The notes beneath the pieces were generated by a model. It saw only the letters and a list, made by a program, of their open reading frames with translations, was not told where the DNA came from and made no database searches. The position numbers and the translations under genes are program-made. 32,000 bases of DNA from Mycobacterium tuberculosis H37Rv (GTDB taxonomy: Bacteria; Actinomycetota; Actinomycetes; Mycobacteriales; Mycobacteriaceae). Below, in pieces: positions 27,382-32,000 of the stretch. Location: assembly GCF_000195955.2 (NCBI RefSeq), contig NC_000962.3:3960001-3992000 (forward strand), given 5' to 3'. Numbering within the stretch: position 1 is the first letter of the stretch; every line of letters starts with the position of its first letter.

Positions 27382-28296
27382 CTAGGCCCCATAGACCGGA
27401 ACCGGCGGCCGCGACTTGGCCAACAGGTCGCTGACGACGGGCCCCAGCTCGGCCGGATCCCATTTCACGCCCTTGTCCACCTGCGGGCCATGCGCCCAGC
27501 CCTCGGCGACCCGGATGATGCCGCCCTCGACCTCGAATACCTTCCCAGTGACATCGCGGGACTCCGCACTGCCCAGCCATACCACCAAGGGTGAGACGTT
27601 CTCCGGGGCCATCGCGTCGAACCCCTCCTGCGGCTTGGCCATCATCTCCGCGAACACAGTCTCGGTCATGCGGGTGCGCGCCGCCGGCGCGATCGCGTTG
27701 ACGGTCACGCCGTACCGCCTCATTTCGGCGGCGCCGACGAGCGTCAGCGCCGCGATTCCGGCCTTGGCGGCGCTGTAGTTGCCCTGCCCCACGCTGCCCT
27801 GTAGGCCCGCGCCAGAGCTGGTGTTGATGATCCGCGCGTCAATGTCTTTCGGGGCTTTGCCCGCCTTGGACAGTCCCCGCCAATGGGACGCGGCGTGCCG
27901 CATGGTGGCGAAGTGGCCCTTGAGGTGCACCGCGATGACAGCGTCGAACTCCTCTTCGCTGGTGTTGGCGATCATCCGGTCCCGCACGATGCCGGCATTG
28001 TTCACCAGGACGTCCACACCACCGTACGTCTCGACGGCGGCCTGGATCAGGTTGGCCGCCTGGTCCCAGTCCGAGATGTCCGACCCGTCGGCGACGGCTT
28101 GGCCACCGGCCGCAAGGATCTCGTCGACCACGTCTTGGGCTGCGCTGCCGCCGCTTGCCGGCGAACCGTCCAGGCCCACACCGATATCGTTGACCACCAC
28201 GCGCGCACCCTCGGCCGCGAAGGCCAACGCATGTGCGCGGCCGATGCCGCCACCCGCTCCGGTGACGATGACCACCCGGCCGTCGACCAAGCCCAT
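27382..28296 (-). CDS. Short-chain dehydrogenase/reductase, MFE-2/17-beta-HSD4-like (Rv3548c-like, 304 aa)
   Basis: An internal ATG at 28296 gives MGLVDGRVVIVTGAGGGIGRAHA. The catalytic motif is NYSAAKAG (YxxxK). The upstream ORF extension reads as low-complexity Arg/Pro and runs into Rv3549c. Confidence 0.9.
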   Translation of the reverse strand: MGLVDGRVVIVTGAGGGIGRAHALAFAAEGARVVVNDIGVGLDGSPASGGSAAQDVVDEILAAGGQAVADGSDISDWDQAANLIQAAVETYGGVDVLVNNAGIVRDRMIANTSEEEFDAVIAVHLKGHFATMRHAASHWRGLSKAGKAPKDIDARIINTSSGAGLQGSVGQGNYSAAKAGIAALTLVGAAEMRRYGVTVNAIAPAARTRMTETVFAEMMAKPQEGFDAMAPENVSPLVVWLGSAESRDVTGKVFEVEGGIIRVAEGWAHGPQVDKGVKWDPAELGPVVSDLLAKSRPPVPVYGA

Positions 28297-28318
28297 GACC
28301 CCATTGCTCCTTTGCTCG

Positions 28319-29098
28319 TCACTTGTTGGCACTCGAGGCGCCCAGGTACGGCGGCGGCTCACCGCCGCCGTGCACCTCGAGCGTCGCCCCGCTGATATAT
28401 GACGCCGCATCGGACGCCAAAAACGCTGCAGCCCAACCAATGTCGGCAGGTCGTGCCAGCCGGCCCAACGGCACCGTGGCGGCGACGCGAGCGATCGACT
28501 CGGCATCACCGTAGAACAGTTCGGACCGTTCGGTTTCCACCATGCCGACCACCACGGCGTTGACCCGAACCTTGGGTGCCCATTCCACCGCCAGCGTGGT
28601 GGTCAGGTTTTCCAGGCCTGCCTTGGCCGCGCCATAGGCCGCCGTGCCGGGAGTGGGACGGCGACCGCTGACGCTACAGATGTTTACGATCGACCCACCG
28701 TTGGGCTGCGCTTGCATCAGCACGTTGGCGTGCTGGGAAACCAGCAGCGGTGCAAGCACATTGAGCTCGACGATCTTTCGGTGGAAGTTGTGTGTCGCCT
28801 CGGCGGCCAGCGCGTATGGCGAGCCGCCCGCGTTGTTGACCAGCATGTCGAGTCGGCCGTGCCGCTCCCCGATCTCACCGACCAGGCGCTTGACCGAGTC
28901 CTCGTCCCGGATGTCGCAGCGGTGGAACTCATACGGTTGGCCGTCGACCGCTCGTCGCGCGCAGGTGATCACGGTCGCGCCCTGTTCGGCGAATACCGAG
29001 CTGATGCCCGCGCCTACCCCGCGGACACCGCCGGTGACCAAAACCACCCGCCCGGCCAGCCCGAAATTGATGGCGTCGGCTGCCTCGGCGAGAGTCAC
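28319..29098 (-). CDS. Short-chain dehydrogenase/reductase (Rv3549c-like, 259 aa)
   Basis: The GTG at 29098 gives (M)TLAEAADAINFGLAGRVVLVTGGVRGVGAGIS. The catalytic motif is AYGAAKAG. The 516-aa ORF extension is antisense to echA20 and is rejected. Confidence 0.9.
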   Translation of the reverse strand: MTLAEAADAINFGLAGRVVLVTGGVRGVGAGISSVFAEQGATVITCARRAVDGQPYEFHRCDIRDEDSVKRLVGEIGERHGRLDMLVNNAGGSPYALAAEATHNFHRKIVELNVLAPLLVSQHANVLMQAQPNGGSIVNICSVSGRRPTPGTAAYGAAKAGLENLTTTLAVEWAPKVRVNAVVVGMVETERSELFYGDAESIARVAATVPLGRLARPADIGWAAAFLASDAASYISGATLEVHGGGEPPPYLGASSANK

Positions 29099-29112
29099 TG
29101 TGCTAGCGTACC

Positions 29113-29128
29113 AAGCAAGTGCTTGCTT
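29113..29128. promoter_or_regulatory. KstR2-type operator palindrome, AAGCAAGTGCTTGCTT, in the Rv3549c/echA20 divergent region
   Basis: The 7-bp arms AAGCAAG/CTTGCTT are perfect and separated by 2 nt. The site contains the published KstR2 core AnCAAGnnCTTGnT. It lies 15 nt from the Rv3549c GTG and 25 nt from the echA20 ATG. Confidence 0.8.
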
Positions 29129-29152
29129 AGGTAGCGAACCCGCAGGAGTGCA

Positions 29153-29896
29153 ATGCCGATCACCTCCACCACGCCCGAACCGGGCATCGTCGCGGTCACC
29201 GTCGACTACCCGCCGGTCAACGCCATCCCGTCGAAAGCGTGGTTCGACCTGGCCGACGCGGTGACGGCCGCGGGCGCCAACTCCGACACCCGCGCGGTGA
29301 TCCTGCGGGCCGAGGGGCGCGGCTTCAACGCCGGGGTGGACATCAAAGAGATGCAACGAACCGAAGGTTTCACGGCGCTGATCGACGCCAACCGCGGCTG
29401 CTTCGCCGCATTCCGCGCCGTCTACGAGTGCGCGGTGCCGGTGATCGCCGCCGTGAACGGATTCTGCGTGGGCGGCGGCATCGGCCTGGTCGGCAACTCC
29501 GACGTCATCGTGGCCTCCGAGGACGCCACCTTCGGCCTGCCCGAGGTGGAACGGGGCGCGCTGGGCGCGGCCACGCACCTCTCGCGGCTGGTGCCCCAGC
29601 ACCTGATGCGACGGCTGTTCTTTACGGCGGCCACCGTGGACGCGGCCACCTTGCAGCACTTCGGCTCGGTGCACGAGGTGGTGTCCCGCGATCAGCTGGA
29701 CGAGGCCGCTTTGCGGGTGGCCCGCGACATCGCCGCCAAAGACACCCGGGTCATCCGCGCCGCCAAGGAGGCGCTGAACTTCATCGACGTGCAACGGGTC
29801 AATGCGAGTTACCGGATGGAGCAAGGTTTTACCTTCGAGCTCAACCTCGCCGGAGTCGCCGACGAGCACCGCGACGCCTTTGTGAAGAAGTCATAG
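29153..29896 (+). CDS. echA20: Enoyl-CoA hydratase/crotonase-family enzyme EchA20 (247 aa)
   Basis: The sequence has the crotonase fold (ILRAEGRGFNAGVDIKEM; FCVGGGIGLVGNSD). An SD (AGGAG) lies 5 nt upstream of the ATG. Confidence 0.93.
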   Translation: MPITSTTPEPGIVAVTVDYPPVNAIPSKAWFDLADAVTAAGANSDTRAVILRAEGRGFNAGVDIKEMQRTEGFTALIDANRGCFAAFRAVYECAVPVIAAVNGFCVGGGIGLVGNSDVIVASEDATFGLPEVERGALGAATHLSRLVPQHLMRRLFFTAATVDAATLQHFGSVHEVVSRDQLDEAALRVARDIAAKDTRVIRAAKEALNFIDVQRVNASYRMEQGFTFELNLAGVADEHRDAFVKKS

Positions 29897-30774
29897 TGCC
29901 CGATAAACGAACCGCTCTTGACGACGCCGTCGCGCAATTGCGCAGCGGCATGACCATCGGCATCGCCGGCTGGGGCTCGCGGCGCAAGCCCATGGCGTTC
30001 GTGCGGGCCATCCTGCGCTCGGATGTCACCGATTTGACGGTGGTCACCTACGGCGGGCCGGACCTGGGGCTGCTGTGCTCGGCGGGCAAGGTCAAGCGGG
30101 TCTACTACGGGTTCGTCTCGCTGGACTCGCCGCCGTTCTACGACCCGTGGTTCGCGCACGCCCGCACCAGCGGCGCGATCGAGGCCCGGGAGATGGACGA
30201 GGGCATGCTGCGCTGCGGTTTGCAGGCCGCGGCACAACGGCTGCCGTTCCTGCCTATTCGCGCCGGGCTGGGCAGCTCGGTACCACAGTTCTGGGCAGGC
30301 GAGCTGCAGACGGTCACGTCGCCGTATCCGGCGCCTGGCGGCGGGTACGAGACACTGATCGCCATGCCGGCACTGCGCCTGGATGCCGCCTTCGCCCACT
30401 TGAATCTCGGTGACAGCCACGGCAATGCGGCCTACACCGGCATCGACCCCTACTTCGACGATCTCTTCTTGATGGCCGCCGAGCGGCGCTTTCTGTCGGT
30501 GGAGCGCATCGTCGCCACCGAGGAACTGGTCAAATCGGTGCCGCCGCAGGCGCTGTTGGTCAACCGGATGATGGTCGACGCCATCGTGGAAGCACCCGGC
30601 GGCGCCCACTTCACCACCGCCGCACCGGACTACGGGCGCGACGAGCAGTTCCAGCGGCACTACGCCGAAGCGGCGTCGACACAGGTGGGTTGGCAGCAGT
30701 TCGTGCACACCTACCTATCCGGCACCGAAGCGGACTACCAGGCCGCGGTGCACAACTTTGGAGCATCACGGTGA
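29896..30774 (+). CDS. ipdA: CoA-transferase-family alpha subunit IpdA (Rv3551-like, 292 aa), steroid ring-D hydrolase component
   Basis: The GTG at 29896 overlaps the echA20 TAG by 1 nt and gives (M)PDKRTALDDAVAQLRSGMTIGIAGWGSRRKP, a class I CoA-transferase alpha sequence. The upstream part of ORF 29239..30774 is an out-of-frame shadow of echA20. Confidence 0.9.
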   Translation: MPDKRTALDDAVAQLRSGMTIGIAGWGSRRKPMAFVRAILRSDVTDLTVVTYGGPDLGLLCSAGKVKRVYYGFVSLDSPPFYDPWFAHARTSGAIEAREMDEGMLRCGLQAAAQRLPFLPIRAGLGSSVPQFWAGELQTVTSPYPAPGGGYETLIAMPALRLDAAFAHLNLGDSHGNAAYTGIDPYFDDLFLMAAERRFLSVERIVATEELVKSVPPQALLVNRMMVDAIVEAPGGAHFTTAAPDYGRDEQFQRHYAEAASTQVGWQQFVHTYLSGTEADYQAAVHNFGASR

Positions 30775-31523
30775 GCACCCGAGCCGAAGTGTGTGCCGTC
30801 GCCTGCGCCGAGTTGTTCCGCGATGCAGGCGAAATCATGATCAGCCCCATGACCAACATGGCCTCGGTAGGGGCGCGGCTGGCGCGGCTCACCTTCGCGC
30901 CGGACATTCTGCTGACCGACGGCGAGGCTCAGCTGCTCGCGGACACACCGGCATTGGGCAAGACGGGCGCCCCAAACAGGATTGAGGGGTGGATGCCGTT
31001 CGGCCGGGTTTTCGAAACCCTGGCCTGGGGGCGCCGGCACGTGGTGATGGGCGCCAATCAGGTCGACCGCTATGGCAATCAGAACATCTCGGCGTTCGGG
31101 CCGCTGCAGCGGCCGACCCGGCAGATGTTCGGCGTCCGCGGCTCGCCGGGCAACACCATCAACCACGCCACCAGTTACTGGGTGGGCAACCACTGCAAGC
31201 GGGTCTTTGTCGAGGCCGTCGATGTGGTCTCCGGCATCGGCTACGACAAGGTGGATCCGGACAATCCGGCCTTCCGGTTCGTCAACGTCTACCGGGTGGT
31301 GTCCAACCTAGGCGTGTTCGACTTCGGCGGCCCCGACCACTCCATGCGGGCGGTATCCCTACACCCCGGGGTGACGCCCGGCGACGTCCGCGACGCCACC
31401 TCGTTCGAGGTGCATGACCTCGACGCGGCCGAGCAGACCAGGCTGCCCACCGACGACGAACTGCACCTGATCCGCGCGGTAATCGATCCGAAGTCGTTGC
31501 GGGACAGGGAGATACGATCATGA
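30771..31523 (+). CDS. ipdB: CoA-transferase-family beta subunit IpdB (Rv3552-like, 250 aa)
   Basis: The GTG at 30771 forms a GTGA overlap with the ipdA stop and gives (M)STRAEVCAVACAELFRDAGEIMISPMTN. Confidence 0.9.
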   Translation: MSTRAEVCAVACAELFRDAGEIMISPMTNMASVGARLARLTFAPDILLTDGEAQLLADTPALGKTGAPNRIEGWMPFGRVFETLAWGRRHVVMGANQVDRYGNQNISAFGPLQRPTRQMFGVRGSPGNTINHATSYWVGNHCKRVFVEAVDVVSGIGYDKVDPDNPAFRFVNVYRVVSNLGVFDFGGPDHSMRAVSLHPGVTPGDVRDATSFEVHDLDAAEQTRLPTDDELHLIRAVIDPKSLRDREIRS

Positions 31524-31624
31524 TTGTTCCGCCTCCTCTCCCCCGCAAGCGGGAGGTGCGCCCACATCGCTTCGTCCCCTGCAAGCGGGTGGTACCCCCA
31601 CTGCATTGTCGGCGGTGGCTATGA
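31520..31624 (+). repeat. MIRU-like intergenic element with two 27-nt core copies and an embedded 34-codon coupling ORF
   Basis: The cores are 31539-31565 (TCCCCCGCAAGCGGGAGGTGCGCCCAC) and 31575-31601 (TCCCCTGCAAGCGGGTGGTACCCCCAC), identical at 23 of 27 positions with a 36-bp period. The core resembles the MIRU sequence I recall from the senX3-regX3 spacer. An ORF from the ATG at 31520 to the TGA at 31624 overlaps the ipdB stop and the ipdC start as ATGA at both ends. Confidence 0.7.
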
Positions 31625-32000
31625 GGCTGCGTACGCCGCTGACCGAGCTCATCGGCATCGAGCACCCGGTGGTGCAGACCGGGATGGGCTGGGTGGCCGG
31701 TGCCCGGCTGGTGTCGGCCACCGCCAACGCGGGCGGGCTGGGCATCTTGGCCTCGGCCACCATGACGCTGGACGAGCTGGCGGCGGCGATCACAAAGGTC
31801 AAGGCCGTCACCGACAAGCCATTCGGGGTGAACATCCGCGCCGACGCAGCCGACGCGGGCGACCGCGTCGAGTTGATGATCCGCGAGGGGGTGCGGGTGG
31901 CCTCGTTCGCGTTGGCACCCAAACAGCAGCTGATCGCCCGGCTCAAAGAAGCCGGCGCGGTGGTCATACCGTCGATCGGCGCGGCCAAACATGCGCGCAA
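31621..32000 (+). CDS. ipdC: Nitronate monooxygenase / 2-nitropropane dioxygenase-family enoyl-CoA reductase IpdC (Rv3553-like), 5' portion; runs off the window
   Basis: This gene is not in the ORF track because no stop falls in the window. My manual translation from the ATG at 31621 is MRLRTPLTELIGIEHPVVQTGMGWVAGARLVSATANAGGLGILASATMTLDELAAAITKVKAVTDKPFGVNIRAD..., a typical NMO-family N-terminus. Confidence 0.88.
   Translation, partial: MRLRTPLTELIGIEHPVVQTGMGWVAGARLVSATANAGGLGILASATMTLDELAAAITKVKAVTDKPFGVNIRADAADAGDRVELMIREGVRVASFALAPKQQLIARLKEAGAVVIPSIGAAKHAR

Noticed and set aside
29239-29895. 5' part of the 511-aa ORF 29239..30774
   Set aside because: It is an out-of-frame shadow of echA20 with an Arg/Gly-rich translation. 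The real ipdA begins at the GTG at 29896, overlapping the echA20 stop.
31282-32000. Minus-strand ORFs of 236 aa and 160 aa antisense to ipdB/ipdC
   Set aside because: Both give Arg-rich, low-complexity translations typical of GC-rich antisense frames. The + strand encodes clear CoA-transferase and NMO-family sequences.

Overview
This window reads as the core of the Mycobacterium tuberculosis-complex cholesterol/steroid catabolism locus. From memory of the protein sequences, unverified by search, it corresponds to H37Rv Rv3523 (ltp3, 3' part) through Rv3553 (ipdC, 5' part). I call 31 protein-coding genes on both strands, covering about 90% of the window. They include kshA, hsaEGF, kstD, hsd4B, the igr operon (cyp125-fadE28-fadE29-chsH2-chsH1-ltp2), fadA5, ddn, two SDR genes, echA20 and ipdABC. 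Three PPE genes (PPE61, PPE62, PPE63) are intercalated among them. Four KstR-type operators (TnnAACnnGTTnnA) sit in the divergent or upstream regions. One KstR2-type palindrome lies between Rv3549c and echA20. No rRNA, tRNA or CRISPR array is visible. The least explained stretch is about 3.6-8.9 kb. It holds a Cys4/His-rich small protein coupled to kshA and a visibly AT-rich single-gene island (Rv3528c-like, methyltransferase-fold by motif). It also holds a roughly 455-bp degenerate IS-like remnant bounded by 31-35 bp inverted repeats around a frameshifted transposase HTH fragment, and a KstR-controlled sulfotransferase-SDR-unknown operon. Other structures are a MIRU-like element whose small ORF bridges ipdB and ipdC with ATGA overlaps, a strong hairpin between convergent ddn and Rv3548c, and a recurrent geometry of operator overlapping or abutting a -10 element next to a leaderless start. 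I did not find a clear-cut new multi-gene system. The hypotheses below are inferences that need homology searches and transcript mapping.
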